Notes under the pieces: model-generated | Seen by the model: the letters and a program-made list of their open reading frames with translations, nothing else | What the model was told of the DNA's origin: nothing | Database searches by the model: none | Source of the DNA: a virus | Taxonomy: Duplodnaviria; Heunggongvirae; Uroviricota; Caudoviricetes | DNA length: 43,152 nt | IMG/VR virus record: IMGVR_UViG_2778261177_000005 | Reading direction: 5' to 3' (one strand) | Shown here: positions 18,697 through 27,845 of the stretch, piece after piece | How the letters are laid out: every line of letters begins with the position of its first letter | How positions within the stretch are numbered: position 1 is the first letter of the stretch | Position numbers and translations under genes: made by a program

Positions 18697-18710
18697 GTGT
18701 TACCTGCGAT

Positions 18711-19484
18711 TCAGGCGGGATAAGAATGGGAGGTGGGAAAAACGATTTCTTTATAACAGCGACAATTCGGGAGCTCGCCAGCGTGACCGGTCATGCCATC
18801 AAGCGTTGGAGGTTTGCCCCATTCGACAAATTTACCTTCCATTTCCCGATGAGAATGCCTGACGTCACCATCTTCGGCTGTACGCCAGATATAACCATTC
18901 GAACCAATTGCCAGCGCACGCGCCTGATCCAGCGCGCCGGTTGCACGTCCAAGTTCAGTACGGGCAATCAGGTCAGCTCTGGACTTTGCTATATCACCCG
19001 ATGCGGCTATTTCTTTAGCAAAATGTTCCGCTCTCCCACCGGTCACAACAGCTTCAATCGCCCGATTCTGGATGTCGTACACCCTGTCAGCCGCCTCGAG
19101 GGGTAGCGATTTAATGTACTTAACCTGTTCAGCAACGATGGATTTCATCACCTGCCCTGGCGGGGCACTGTTTACCAGATTGCGTAGCTCACGGCTGATG
19201 GTTTTGCTGTGTTTACGCCACTGCTCATCATTCTTGCGCACAATATCGGCGGTAAAGTTTTCCGCGACCTTTGTCGCCCAGGGGGTGATGATTTCACTGT
19301 AGCGTTCCAGCGCCTCAATAATTTCCGTGATACTGTCATTTGAACCATCGTAGCGACCATTTACGATGTCTCCGACCGCCCGCGCTATCCTGCGTAGGCT
19401 GGTTCGATAGCGGATTTCCGCCTGACGGTTCCTGCGGTTCGTCATCAGGTTCGCCGATGCCGGGCGGCGCTTCATCTTCGGCAT
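18711..19484 (-). CDS. head morphogenesis protein (Mu gpF / SPP1 gp7 family)
   Basis: C-terminal GYIWRTAEDGDVRHSHREMEGK...NCRCY signature typical of this minor head protein family; RBS GAGGA 8 nt upstream of the ATG at 19484; overlaps the portal 3' end by about 149 nt. Confidence 0.75.
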   Translation of the reverse strand: MPKMKRRPASANLMTNRRNRQAEIRYRTSLRRIARAVGDIVNGRYDGSNDSITEIIEALERYSEIITPWATKVAENFTADIVRKNDEQWRKHSKTISRELRNLVNSAPPGQVMKSIVAEQVKYIKSLPLEAADRVYDIQNRAIEAVVTGGRAEHFAKEIAASGDIAKSRADLIARTELGRATGALDQARALAIGSNGYIWRTAEDGDVRHSHREMEGKFVEWGKPPTLDGMTGHAGELPNCRCYKEIVFPTSHSYPA

Positions 19485-20802
19485 TCTCGATGTCCTCGTC
19501 GGTAATGGATGCCCCGATGCCGGTTACGTCAGAATTTTCGCGCAAATCAGTCATAGCGGCTTTCAGTGTCATCAGACCATCACCCAGCGCTGTACTGATT
19601 GCGTTGGTGGTATTTAACGCCACCGTTGAACGATCGACATCAGACATTTGCCAGAGCGGGTTAAACTCAAACGTGAAATCATCCGGGAGCGGCTTGCCAA
19701 GTTCCGAACGATGCATGATGTCAAGTATCCGCCGCACCGGAAGACGTAAACGTCTCTCCTGCAACGAACTGATGCGGTCGTAATAGTTGGCAAGGTCTGC
19801 ATCACCGGTAGAAAATCCTTTCGGGGACTGTCCAAACAGCCGCACCAGTGGGATACCAACAGCGCCACTAATCTGTTCTGCAAACTGTGAAAGGATGTCA
19901 TCCAGACCACTGAAGCTGTACTGATGAGTTTCAAACTTATCCCGCGAGTCCATGAGCGTCATGCCTTCATTGCTCTGGAACTGTCGAATCAGGTCAATAT
20001 TCTTCAGCAACGCTTCATACGCAGGACCACCAAGTGCGATAAGCTCGCGTAGCTTCTCCACGCTGTAGGTGCGCAAATGCGCTTTGTAGACCAGCTGCGC
20101 CGCGCCGACAGTAGCGCTGTCGAACGCGGTAAGACGATCCCAGATACGCTCTACAACCGACATTCCCCATTCGTTCTCGGTCATCTTCTGCTGAAATGGC
20201 AGCGTGACGCCATCAAAGCGAATCAGTCGACTGTGATGAATGCGCCAGGCAGGAATTCCCGTTGCTGTGGTCACCACATCGTAAAACTCAGGTTTACCCA
20301 GGTCCGGCCCCATATCTTTAATGCGGCGGGTCAGTACCGGGTCAATCATCCAGCGGTCGAGCGGGAGAATCCCCTTAAACTTGCCCTTACCGATAGTTTC
20401 GGGTCGCAGCGGGGTCATTGGTGCCTGCCCCTCAATCATGATGAAACCCACCGCGCCGCCGTAGAGGCGCGACCATTTCAGCACGTCATTCAGCGCATCC
20501 CAGATTTGCAACTCATCCAGTTGTGATTCGAGAATGCCACGATCTTTTGCATCAATTTCCGAAGTGATGCGAATGCCTTTGCGGGTCATATCATCCGGGA
20601 TAGCATCGACTGCTTCGCCGATGATCCAGGATGAACGATAGGACCATTCCACCAGCATGCGGTTACGACTGGTGAAATTAGCCCGGTAGGTAGATGCTGA
20701 GTGCTGGTTAGGTGTCTGCATCCCTACGCGGGCAATAAAATTCTCATAACCATCAGCTGTGGCCTGCGCAGTTCTTCGCAGGGCTTGCTTGTTTCGTGCC
20801 AT
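19336..20802 (-). CDS. portal protein
   Basis: 488 aa; start overlaps the terminase large-subunit stop; sits between the terminase and head morphogenesis genes. Confidence 0.7.
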   Translation of the reverse strand: MARNKQALRRTAQATADGYENFIARVGMQTPNQHSASTYRANFTSRNRMLVEWSYRSSWIIGEAVDAIPDDMTRKGIRITSEIDAKDRGILESQLDELQIWDALNDVLKWSRLYGGAVGFIMIEGQAPMTPLRPETIGKGKFKGILPLDRWMIDPVLTRRIKDMGPDLGKPEFYDVVTTATGIPAWRIHHSRLIRFDGVTLPFQQKMTENEWGMSVVERIWDRLTAFDSATVGAAQLVYKAHLRTYSVEKLRELIALGGPAYEALLKNIDLIRQFQSNEGMTLMDSRDKFETHQYSFSGLDDILSQFAEQISGAVGIPLVRLFGQSPKGFSTGDADLANYYDRISSLQERRLRLPVRRILDIMHRSELGKPLPDDFTFEFNPLWQMSDVDRSTVALNTTNAISTALGDGLMTLKAAMTDLRENSDVTGIGASITDEDIENAEDEAPPGIGEPDDEPQEPSGGNPLSNQPTQDSAGGRRHRKWSLRWFK

Positions 20803-22205
20803 CAGGCCTGTCTCCCCAGCTGTTCCCAGATATCCAGCGATGTATCAATTGGCGCGAAGGCCATAATGAATGCGTCAGCAACGTTTGGTGACGGTATCTC
20901 GCGTTTTGCGAGGTCTTTTTTACTTTCGACCATCACACGTCCGTTACGGTCGAAATCACGATGAGGTGTTGTCAGTTCCAGTTTCAGCTTTTCAAGCAAC
21001 GGACAACGAGAATCTATGCTGATCAGCTCATCCACAGGATACTGTTCTCCGTTGTTAATGGCGTTAAACGTATTTCTGAAACGGTCAGCCACCAGCCACC
21101 ATGCCTGAGCCTTAAGATTTGCGAAAAAGTCTTTGTTGGGGATGCCGTTGTATTCGTCATCTGGTTCATGCACACCAGCGCCGGCGTTAAACCTCTGGTA
21201 ATTCACACGTCGCGCGTATGCATTCTCGCTCTTCCGGTCAGCGTTAATTTCAGAGAATTTAGCACCGGCAGACGCACCAACACCGATAGAGTCGTAAACA
21301 ATATCTGCTTCACGCTCCAGCGCCGACTGATAAGTACGCTGGCAGCTCTTCAGTAATTCATCTTCTTTGGCCTTCCATTCGTCGGCCCAGAAAACAACGG
21401 AACCGTGACGGTAAACGTTAGCGCACTTATCTGTACCACTGTCAGCCACGTCAAAGCCAATACGCTTTCTTCCACTGGGTTCGAAATTTAACGTTTTGTG
21501 CGCATCCACTGCGGCTTCTATCCAGGACAGTTTGATGATTGCCGCATCATCATCAGACTCCGGAACGCCCTCATACACATGTTTAAAACCATCAGGATCA
21601 CGGCGTCGCGCCGCGTCGATAACCTTAAGCATGGTGTCAGACAGAAACGGATTTTCGTCATAGTTAATTTTGCGGATGAGAGTGCCTTCAGGCGGATCAA
21701 CAACGAAGTTACGCCAGACGAAATCAGTAACAAGTCCGGGGTTGAATATGAACCAGCATTCCGAACCCTCTTTACGGATCGTTGGCTCCAGAATTTTCCA
21801 CTGGTATTCAGTCAGTGCGTGGGCTTCTTCCAGCCACAACACGTCGATCCCCTCCAGTGACTTAATTTCTTCGATGTTGCGCCATAATCCATAAAAAACA
21901 AATTCCGAGCCAGTAACCCGGTTAATGATTTTGTTGTTCAGAATCCGGAAACGGTGCCGCAGGCCAAACCTGTCTATCTGAATTTTGAGCAGGGTATACA
22001 CCGACTCTTCGATTTTATTCTGGATCTGACGGGCACAACAAAAACGCAGGGTGTATTTATTCGACAGAAATATGGCAATGCCAGCGGCATCCCATGATTT
22101 TGACGATGACCGGCCACCATAAAGCACTTTGTTACGTGCCCGCGTAGTCCAGAAACTACGTAAAGCCGGATTAAGCGTCGGTTTGGATGTCAGAATAGAA
22201 GTCAT
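20802..22205 (-). CDS. terminase large subunit
   Basis: ORF 20802..22313; Walker A-like YGGRSSSKSWD near the N-terminus; likely start among ATGs at 22205-22232 (RBS GGAGAG before 22205), overlapping the small-subunit gene. Confidence 0.75.
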   Translation of the reverse strand: MTSILTSKPTLNPALRSFWTTRARNKVLYGGRSSSKSWDAAGIAIFLSNKYTLRFCCARQIQNKIEESVYTLLKIQIDRFGLRHRFRILNNKIINRVTGSEFVFYGLWRNIEEIKSLEGIDVLWLEEAHALTEYQWKILEPTIRKEGSECWFIFNPGLVTDFVWRNFVVDPPEGTLIRKINYDENPFLSDTMLKVIDAARRRDPDGFKHVYEGVPESDDDAAIIKLSWIEAAVDAHKTLNFEPSGRKRIGFDVADSGTDKCANVYRHGSVVFWADEWKAKEDELLKSCQRTYQSALEREADIVYDSIGVGASAGAKFSEINADRKSENAYARRVNYQRFNAGAGVHEPDDEYNGIPNKDFFANLKAQAWWLVADRFRNTFNAINNGEQYPVDELISIDSRCPLLEKLKLELTTPHRDFDRNGRVMVESKKDLAKREIPSPNVADAFIMAFAPIDTSLDIWEQLGRQA

Positions 22206-22920
22206 TGAGGTCACGCTCTCCATTGCCATCATCAATACCTGCATCACGGCGAAGACGATCAGCCTCCAGAGACACCTTATCAGTGGCGGCCTTGCGGTAG
22301 GCTGTATCAGCAAATATTTTTCCTACCGTCGCAAGCGTGCCAACGATGGACTCAATACGAACTGTATTGCGCATCATTGCTTTCTCGGCGGCGCTGATAT
22401 TTTCCATCAGCATCTTCCTTTCCTGGTCCCCATTAGCATCTTCCAGCGACACCAGCCACCGACCGATATTCTCTGCAGCGACAAGGTTGTTAGCACGAAG
22501 GCGAAATAATTCGTCCTCGAGCGTCAACGCTTTAGCGTCCTCTATCACCTCATCTTTGAGCAGAAGGCGACGGGCATAACCACCGTGTTTTAATGCCTGT
22601 TGGTTACCGGGTTGGAATGGGTTAGTCGGGGGATCGGTACGCATTCCGCGTATCGGTTTCGTATCCAGTGTAGGTTCTGTTTTTAGTTGCGTACCTTTTT
22701 GTGTAAGGCCAGTAATGGCAGGCTTTCTGCTGGTACGCACTTTTCTTTTTTGCGTACCATTTTTGCAAACCTGCGTACCGCCACTGCGTACCCAACCAAG
22801 CTTTTTGGCCCTCTTCCTGATAGCCCCTTCTGTAACGCCGTATTTCTCGCCTATATCACGGAGGCTAAGGACTCCGGCCCGGTATGCCGATTCGATGGCC
22901 TCCCAGTCCGGTTTTGCCAT
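22171..22920 (-). CDS. terminase small subunit (HTH DNA-binding)
   Basis: 249 aa; N-terminal HTH GVLSLRDIGEKYGVTEGAIRKRAKK; RBS AAGAGG; immediately upstream of the large subunit. Confidence 0.6.
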   Translation of the reverse strand: MAKPDWEAIESAYRAGVLSLRDIGEKYGVTEGAIRKRAKKLGWVRSGGTQVCKNGTQKRKVRTSRKPAITGLTQKGTQLKTEPTLDTKPIRGMRTDPPTNPFQPGNQQALKHGGYARRLLLKDEVIEDAKALTLEDELFRLRANNLVAAENIGRWLVSLEDANGDQERKMLMENISAAEKAMMRNTVRIESIVGTLATVGKIFADTAYRKAATDKVSLEADRLRRDAGIDDGNGERDLNDFYSDIQTDA

Positions 22921-22977
22921 GAATTTTTCCTCTTAGTGACATTATCGAAGCCCCTTATCAAAGGAGCTTCTGTAATG

Positions 22978-23163
22978 TCAGTCCCGAACAAACGTAACCT
23001 TCGTGTTTGTCGCTCGCCTTACAAGGCGCGCCGCTTCGCGTTGCATTTCATCGATAACTTTTTGCGTCATCGGCTGATGCGCATATTTACGTTCAATCTC
23101 TGCAAAAATCCCGTTCATCGTTTCGCTGTCTGGTGGGATAACTTCAACGTTTAATCGTGCCAT
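22978..23163 (-). CDS. small hypothetical protein
   Basis: ORF 22978..23190 (TTG start); ATG at 23163 gives 61 aa; weak RBS; between the spanins and terS. Confidence 0.3.
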   Translation of the reverse strand: MARLNVEVIPPDSETMNGIFAEIERKYAHQPMTQKVIDEMQREAARLVRRATNTKVTFVRD

Positions 23164-23422
23164 TGGTTTGTGCTGCCCTGTTTTTCTCAAAAGTCCTGAT
23201 ATCGGCCTTATCCCTGTTGCACTGTGCTAACGCTGACAACAACGCAACATTCAGGTTAAGGCTGGCTCCCCACGTAAACGGGTCGGGTAAATCTGGCTGG
23301 GGTGTTTCATCCGTCAGACTGGCTGGTAACGGAACGACCGGCACCGACACGTATACCGTTCGCGTATTCGTGCAACCGCTTAACTGCGCCAGAAGGAACG
23401 ATACGAACAGCACAATCATCAT
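23144..23422 (-). CDS. o-spanin (Rz1-like outer-membrane lipoprotein)
   Basis: Lipoprotein signal MMIVLFVSFLLAQLSG-C then Pro-rich VPVVPLPASLTDETPQPDLPDP; overlaps the 3' part of the Rz-like gene in another frame. Confidence 0.6.
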   Translation of the reverse strand: MMIVLFVSFLLAQLSGCTNTRTVYVSVPVVPLPASLTDETPQPDLPDPFTWGASLNLNVALLSALAQCNRDKADIRTFEKNRAAQTNGTIKR

Positions 23423-23699
23423 CCGCAACAGCCACTTTGATATCTTCCTGGGTTCTCTGTGACTCCAGTGCGATCTGCTGTTTTGCATGCTGGTTAGCCT
23501 CTATAACTGTATTGATGATTTGCAGTGATTGCAGGACGTTACTGGTAATGGCTGTTGCAGATTCAGCATTTCGTACAGCCTCATCAGCACGCTCCTTTTC
23601 GTGTTGATATTTGCTGTAGTAATGCCCGGCAGACCAGATAAAAGAACCGATGACGGTAACAAAGAAGGCAACAATAACCAGCTTATATCTCAGCTTCAT
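23307..23699 (-). CDS. i-spanin (Rz-like)
   Basis: 130 aa; N-terminal TM helix (LVIVAFFVTVIGSFIW) then coiled-coil-like region; downstream of the endolysin with embedded Rz1-like frame. Confidence 0.65.
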   Translation of the reverse strand: MKLRYKLVIVAFFVTVIGSFIWSAGHYYSKYQHEKERADEAVRNAESATAITSNVLQSLQIINTVIEANQHAKQQIALESQRTQEDIKVAVADDDCAVRIVPSGAVKRLHEYANGIRVGAGRSVTSQSDG

Positions 23700-24159
23700 T
23701 TACCACCCCACCAGCTTCTTTAAATCGGGAAATCAGGTCACCGATTCTATGTTCATACTGACCGTAACCTGCACCAGGTAACGACGCCCAGATATTGCTG
23801 CAACGGTCGATTGCCTGACGAATATCGCCGCGGTCAATCATCGGTAAAGCGCCACGCTCTTTAATCTGCTGCAGCGCTACAGCATCCTGGCTTTCTGGAG
23901 AAAAATCTTTCAGACCAAGTTGCTTGCGGTAGGCATCCCACCAGCGTGAAAGAAGCTGGTAACGTCCGGCGGCTGTTGATTTGAGTTTCGGATTTAGCGT
24001 GACAAGTTTGCGGGGGTGATCGGAGTAATCAGTGAACAGTTCGCCACCGACAATAACATCATAACCGTGATTTCTGGTTTTCTGCCGCCCGTTATCTGTT
24101 CCTTCTGACCATGCCACCATATCAAGGAAAGCTTTACGCTGAGAATTAAGTGTCTGCAT
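23683..24159 (-). CDS. R: endolysin, lambda R-type lytic transglycosylase
   Basis: 158 aa, MQTLNSQRKAFLDMVAWSEGTDNGRQKTRNHGYDVIVGG...; near-identical in my recollection to phage lambda R. Confidence 0.85.
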   Translation of the reverse strand: MQTLNSQRKAFLDMVAWSEGTDNGRQKTRNHGYDVIVGGELFTDYSDHPRKLVTLNPKLKSTAAGRYQLLSRWWDAYRKQLGLKDFSPESQDAVALQQIKERGALPMIDRGDIRQAIDRCSNIWASLPGAGYGQYEHRIGDLISRFKEAGGVVNEAEI

Positions 24160-24162
24160 TAA

Positions 24163-24498
24163 TTACTCCTTATGGGCACCGAACTTGTTACCGATGACCC
24201 TCATTGCCGCACCACGAATAGCATCAACACCAATCAGCCCCACCCCACCACCAATGGCAACAGAAAGTGATTTAGGCCATCCGACATACTCAAGCGCGGA
24301 TGCAAAGGTCAGCGTCAGGGCACCACAGAGCAAAATCTCAAGCGTTTTTCGTTTCCAGCCCCCACCACCGCCAAAATAGGCGATGCGCAAACCAGCCATA
24401 ACGATCGACATAATCACTGCACCCAGCGGTGTGTCTCCACGCCACCAGCTCTGAAACAACTCCAGCCAGTCCGGCCAGGTATTTGGGTTATGAGGCAT
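24163..24498 (-). CDS. holin
   Basis: ORF 24163..24522; ATG at 24498 (MPHNPNTW...); two or three hydrophobic segments and a charged C-terminus; immediately upstream of the endolysin. Confidence 0.55.
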   Translation of the reverse strand: MPHNPNTWPDWLELFQSWWRGDTPLGAVIMSIVMAGLRIAYFGGGGGWKRKTLEILLCGALTLTFASALEYVGWPKSLSVAIGGGVGLIGVDAIRGAAMRVIGNKFGAHKE

Positions 24499-24620
24499 TT
24501 CATCATCTCTCACCTCGCACATATCGCGGGTGCAAATTGAGGGAATAAAAAATCCCCGAATATTCCAGGAGCGGAAACGGGGAAAGGCGTTGCACTAAAT
24601 GGGCCTGTCTGCGGCCTTAA

Positions 24621-24650
24621 ATAAAAAACCCCGGCAAATGCCGAGGTCAG
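24621..24650 (-). terminator. intrinsic terminator upstream of the lysis cassette
   Basis: Minus strand CCUCGG-CAUUUG-CCGGGG followed by UUUUUUAUUU. Confidence 0.55.
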
Positions 24651-24873
24651 TTAATCGTTGCCGCTGTTAGTGCCGCGGTGCACTATCTCTTTATCAGGCT
24701 ACTTACGCGTTAAACCGGGTGCCAACCGTAACTCAGTGATGCTTTACGCTTCCTCTCCCTCACTACGTCGCCATGGGAGCCCGACCAGATTAACGCTGTC
24801 GTCACGTTGCCAATATATGGCATCCAATGCATTCTTTTTATTTAGCTATTTCATTTTTCTATCCGTCAGAAAC

Positions 24874-24896
24874 AACAAAACCCGCTCAATGGCGGG
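24874..24896 (-). terminator. intrinsic terminator about 100 nt downstream of the ORF6N-like gene
   Basis: Minus strand AACCCGC-CAUUGA-GCGGGUU followed by UUGUUGUUUCU. Confidence 0.5.
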
Positions 24897-24993
24897 TTCT
24901 GGTAAAGTTCATGCGCTTGGTTCGCCTCGCGATACAGCTTTGCGAAGCGTACCGGAATTGAAGCAGTTTATGGCTAAAATTGCAAGAACTTTT

Positions 24994-25575
24994 TTAAAGC
25001 TGCATCAGCCTTTCCACCAGTTTATCTCTGCGAACAACAAACCAACCATTGGCTCTCGCCAGTTCCAGCCATGACTCAAGGGAAATAACAATATCATCAT
25101 CCCGCAACTGAATTGTGGAAACAGTGACACCGCCTCGCTGATAACAGAGAACTCGCGTGTCGTAACTTTTCTGGCATGAAGCTGGCGCTGACGGATCCTT
25201 TTGTCTGAAATAGCAGTCTTCCAGCTTTTCGAACACATCCCACGCCTGATCGGTTTCGAGCATTTTGGCATGACGGGCTGCTCCGCGTTCTGTCCAGAGG
25301 ATGAGGGAGCGGGCTTTCGGGGAAATTTGTAACCCTCTTAAAGATGGTTGCAAATTTTGTGAGTAGTTTAAAGCTACCCGCAATTCTTTAAGGTCATTAC
25401 CAACAACTTTGAAAAAGTGTTTCCCTTCAACGAAGCGTACTTTGTTCTCATGATGATTCTGGCGAATGCGCACCGGCTCAGTGCCGTAAAGCTGCGCCAA
25501 AAGTTCGGTGGTAATAACAGGAATCTGGTTATGGGTGATCGGGGAGAGAGTTTCAACAGAAATTTGAGTTGTCAT
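24994..25575 (-). CDS. ORF6N-domain (antirepressor-like) protein, first gene downstream of PR'/tR'
   Basis: 193 aa; N-terminal ...IPVITTELLAQLYGTE...KHFFKVVGNDLKEL...LWTERGAARHAKMLETDQAWDVFEKLEDCYF resembles the ORF6N domain as I recall it; RBS GAGGG. Confidence 0.5.
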   Translation of the reverse strand: MTTQISVETLSPITHNQIPVITTELLAQLYGTEPVRIRQNHHENKVRFVEGKHFFKVVGNDLKELRVALNYSQNLQPSLRGLQISPKARSLILWTERGAARHAKMLETDQAWDVFEKLEDCYFRQKDPSAPASCQKSYDTRVLCYQRGGVTVSTIQLRDDDIVISLESWLELARANGWFVVRRDKLVERLMQL

Positions 25576-25732
25576 AATGACGCCCTCTGGTGGTTTCTTA
25601 ATAACTCACCACCGACGACGCCAATCATCTGGTGGTGAACTGTGCAGGGTTGGCGTAACCGGGAAACCGACCGGCGCGGATCTCTCCGCCCCCACACAGC
25701 CCACCATAATTCAGATGTGCGCGTGCATGCGA

Positions 25733-25758
25733 CAATAAAAAACACGCTCGCGGCGTGT
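25733..25758 (-). terminator. tR'-like terminator of the short late leader transcript
   Basis: Minus strand ACACGC-CGCGA-GCGUGU followed by UUUUUUAUU, about 55-80 nt downstream of the PR'-like promoter. Confidence 0.6.
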
Positions 25759-25819
25759 ATCTGTCGCGGTCTCTATCCAGGACGCCAATCCCGACGCCAG
25801 ATTTTGCTGGCGCGTGAGG

Positions 25820-25849
25820 AATATAGCCCCGGATAACAGATTGAGTCAA
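25820..25849 (-). promoter_or_regulatory. PR'-like late promoter (sigma70 -35 TTGACT / 18 bp / -10 TATATT)
   Basis: Minus strand ttgactcaatctgttatccggggctatatt; the -35 overlaps the Q-like stop codon, the classic lambdoid position. Confidence 0.65.
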
Positions 25850-26400
25850 CAGACGGTTTTTAGATCCCCGGAAGAGAATGCATCACGCATCGGCAGATAG
25901 AGCATAAACTCTGCCATTTTCAACCACGCATCTATGCGATTACGGCACGTGGCGTAACACCACTCAGGGTGTGAATCATTCAGCAATTCAGCCATTTTGC
26001 GCTTAGTCATCCCCCTCCCTTCATATCGTTGCCGGAGGATACAAATCAATCCTGGGTGTTCTGCCAGCACTTCACTAATCACCCGATCAATGCATAACGC
26101 CTCTGCATCAGTACAATGTACCAGCCAGCTTTTTTGCTTGCCGTTGATCATATCCCGCAAAAAAGCCTCAAGTTCAGGTTTGTCCAGACCTGCTTTTTTC
26201 ATCCTCCGGAGCGCCTCATTAATTGCCGTTTTTGTCAGCTTTTTAGAGGTCAGCAACTGGTTAAACATATTTCCCGTCTTACCGCCGCCAATATACGACC
26301 AGCGCCCCCACATGCGCAGTTTTCCCTGAATCCAGACACTTTCCAGCGTGGTGAGACGAAGGTGTTCCCCGCTTTTGCCTGTATTTGTTGGGTAAATCAT
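25846..26400 (-). CDS. putative late antiterminator Q
   Basis: ORF 25846..26520; ATG at 26400 overlaps the upstream stop (ATGA); called from position (last nin-region gene, directly upstream of PR'/tR' and lysis genes). Confidence 0.5.
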   Translation of the reverse strand: MIYPTNTGKSGEHLRLTTLESVWIQGKLRMWGRWSYIGGGKTGNMFNQLLTSKKLTKTAINEALRRMKKAGLDKPELEAFLRDMINGKQKSWLVHCTDAEALCIDRVISEVLAEHPGLICILRQRYEGRGMTKRKMAELLNDSHPEWCYATCRNRIDAWLKMAEFMLYLPMRDAFSSGDLKTVC

Positions 26401-26687
26401 AAATAACCTTCCTTTCTCCAGATTTCTTGTGTGCGAAAAACACCTTCTGCATGCATCAGGCGTAATTCTTCTTTGGTGTAATCGCTGTTTTTTACCCGCC
26501 CGTCGATTAAATCGTGGCATGAGCTACAGGCAATCGCTGCCTGCATATCGTGTGGTTTTGTCGCTGTTCCGCACGTCCCCGCCAGCCTGTAATGCGCCAG
26601 CACAGAAGTTTCGGGATTGTGATTGCAGTAGCCAGGAATTCTGACGGTGCACATCTGCCCCCGCGCCGCTTTACGTAAATCCACCAT
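26397..26687 (-). CDS. YbcO-like (DUF1364) putative nuclease, Cys/His-rich
   Basis: 96 aa, MVDLRKAARGQMCTVRIPGYCNHNPETSVLAH...IACSSCHD; resembles DLP12 YbcO as I recall it; nin-region position. Confidence 0.55.
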   Translation of the reverse strand: MVDLRKAARGQMCTVRIPGYCNHNPETSVLAHYRLAGTCGTATKPHDMQAAIACSSCHDLIDGRVKNSDYTKEELRLMHAEGVFRTQEIWRKEGYL

Positions 26688-27286
26688 TACGCAAACTCCA
26701 GTAACTGTGCGGCCACATTTTCGACTTCCTCCGGAGAGGAAAATTTACGGAACAGGATCCAGTTCCACAGCACATTCAGTACAGATTTATAAACCTGCTG
26801 AAACTCGGTTTCGTCCATGTTCGCAAATGCGATAGATTTTGCCCTGCGCCCACGACTACCATCAGGATAAATATGCTCGGTGTAAAATCCGGCCTGAATG
26901 GTTACCCACTCGCGGAAAGCCTCAAACGACTTTAGCAATGCCGTATCCCGGGTTCTGCGTGTCGCAACTGTATTCAGATATTGCTCTGCGGCTTCGCTCA
27001 GAGCTGGCGTATGTTCCCGACCTACTGATTCGCACAGGTACTCAACGAAGCCTGATACCAGTTCTCGTTCTCGAGGCGTGATCACCCCACCGCTTGGAGT
27101 CCAGTAATCGAATCCCAGTTGCAGGAGTTTGAAAAAACGCTTGTGAAATGCGTAGTTACGCACACGCTTAAAGTCTGCGTGTATCCACTCACCTATTTTG
27201 ATTTGATGCAAAAAATCGCAACTCTCCGGCGTCGCCGGGAGAAGTAATCCGGAAGAGGTTTGTTTGACCAGTTGTATATGCGCCAT
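26687..27286 (-). CDS. hypothetical nin-region protein
   Basis: 199 aa; RBS GGAG 7 nt upstream of ATG; family not recognised with confidence. Confidence 0.5.
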   Translation of the reverse strand: MAHIQLVKQTSSGLLLPATPESCDFLHQIKIGEWIHADFKRVRNYAFHKRFFKLLQLGFDYWTPSGGVITPRERELVSGFVEYLCESVGREHTPALSEAAEQYLNTVATRRTRDTALLKSFEAFREWVTIQAGFYTEHIYPDGSRGRRAKSIAFANMDETEFQQVYKSVLNVLWNWILFRKFSSPEEVENVAAQLLEFA

Positions 27287-27357
27287 CGTAGTTCTCCGCT
27301 GGCGCAGTAGAATGGGTGTTCAGCCCGTTATGTAGTATAACAGAATTAATGCCAATA

Positions 27358-27609
27358 CTAACAGGATGCTCTGACTCGCAATTCATCCAGCAGTTTATCA
27401 TTTCCCATAATGTCACTTACCCTCATCGGTAAAAAAATTGCCTTTCGACCATTACGATACATCATTGATTTTGGGATTTCAGGGAAGTAATCCATTTCGA
27501 CTATAACTGACAGGTCATCACGACGTATGACTGCGTATTTGCAACTAAATAGTTTCTTTATTTTTTCCACGATGCCTCCGAGTTTATAAGTACAAACGGT
27601 TATATCCAC
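27358..27609 (-). CDS. small hypothetical ORF in AT-rich island
   Basis: 83-codon ORF beginning with GTG; internal GTG with GGAGG RBS would give 70 aa; very AT-rich; may not be expressed. Confidence 0.25.
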   Translation of the reverse strand: MDITVCTYKLGGIVEKIKKLFSCKYAVIRRDDLSVIVEMDYFPEIPKSMMYRNGRKAIFLPMRVSDIMGNDKLLDELRVRASC

Positions 27610-27753
27610 ATAGAGACAAAAATATTAATCTGAAAAATATTTATTTCACGCCGTATATTTGATTATTTAATGTGCAGGTACAATGACTTTTATTTTTTGT
27701 TGTGTATATAATCAAATATATGGTTATTTTTCACCCTGCGCATTCAGCGCGCA

Positions 27754-27776
27754 ACAAAAAACCCGCCGAAGCGGGT
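27754..27776 (-). terminator. intrinsic terminator about 70 nt downstream of hok
   Basis: Minus strand ACCCGC-UUCG-GCGGGU followed by UUUUUUGUU. Confidence 0.6.
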
Positions 27777-27845
27777 TAAGTGCGGGTGCGTTGAGGATGC
27801 CTGACACATCAGAGGTGGCGAGGGATTTCTCCCCCGCCGGGTCTC

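Noticed and set aside
24523-24993. tRNA genes, which often lie between Q and the lysis genes in Stx-type lambdoid phages
   Set aside because: No T-loop-like GGTTCGAATCC-type motif or cloverleaf candidates found on either strand; only terminator hairpins.
24994-25575. Shiga toxin or other exotoxin genes in the Q-to-S moron slot
   Set aside because: The single ORF there is an ORF6N-like cytoplasmic protein with no signal peptide and no resemblance to A/B toxin subunits.
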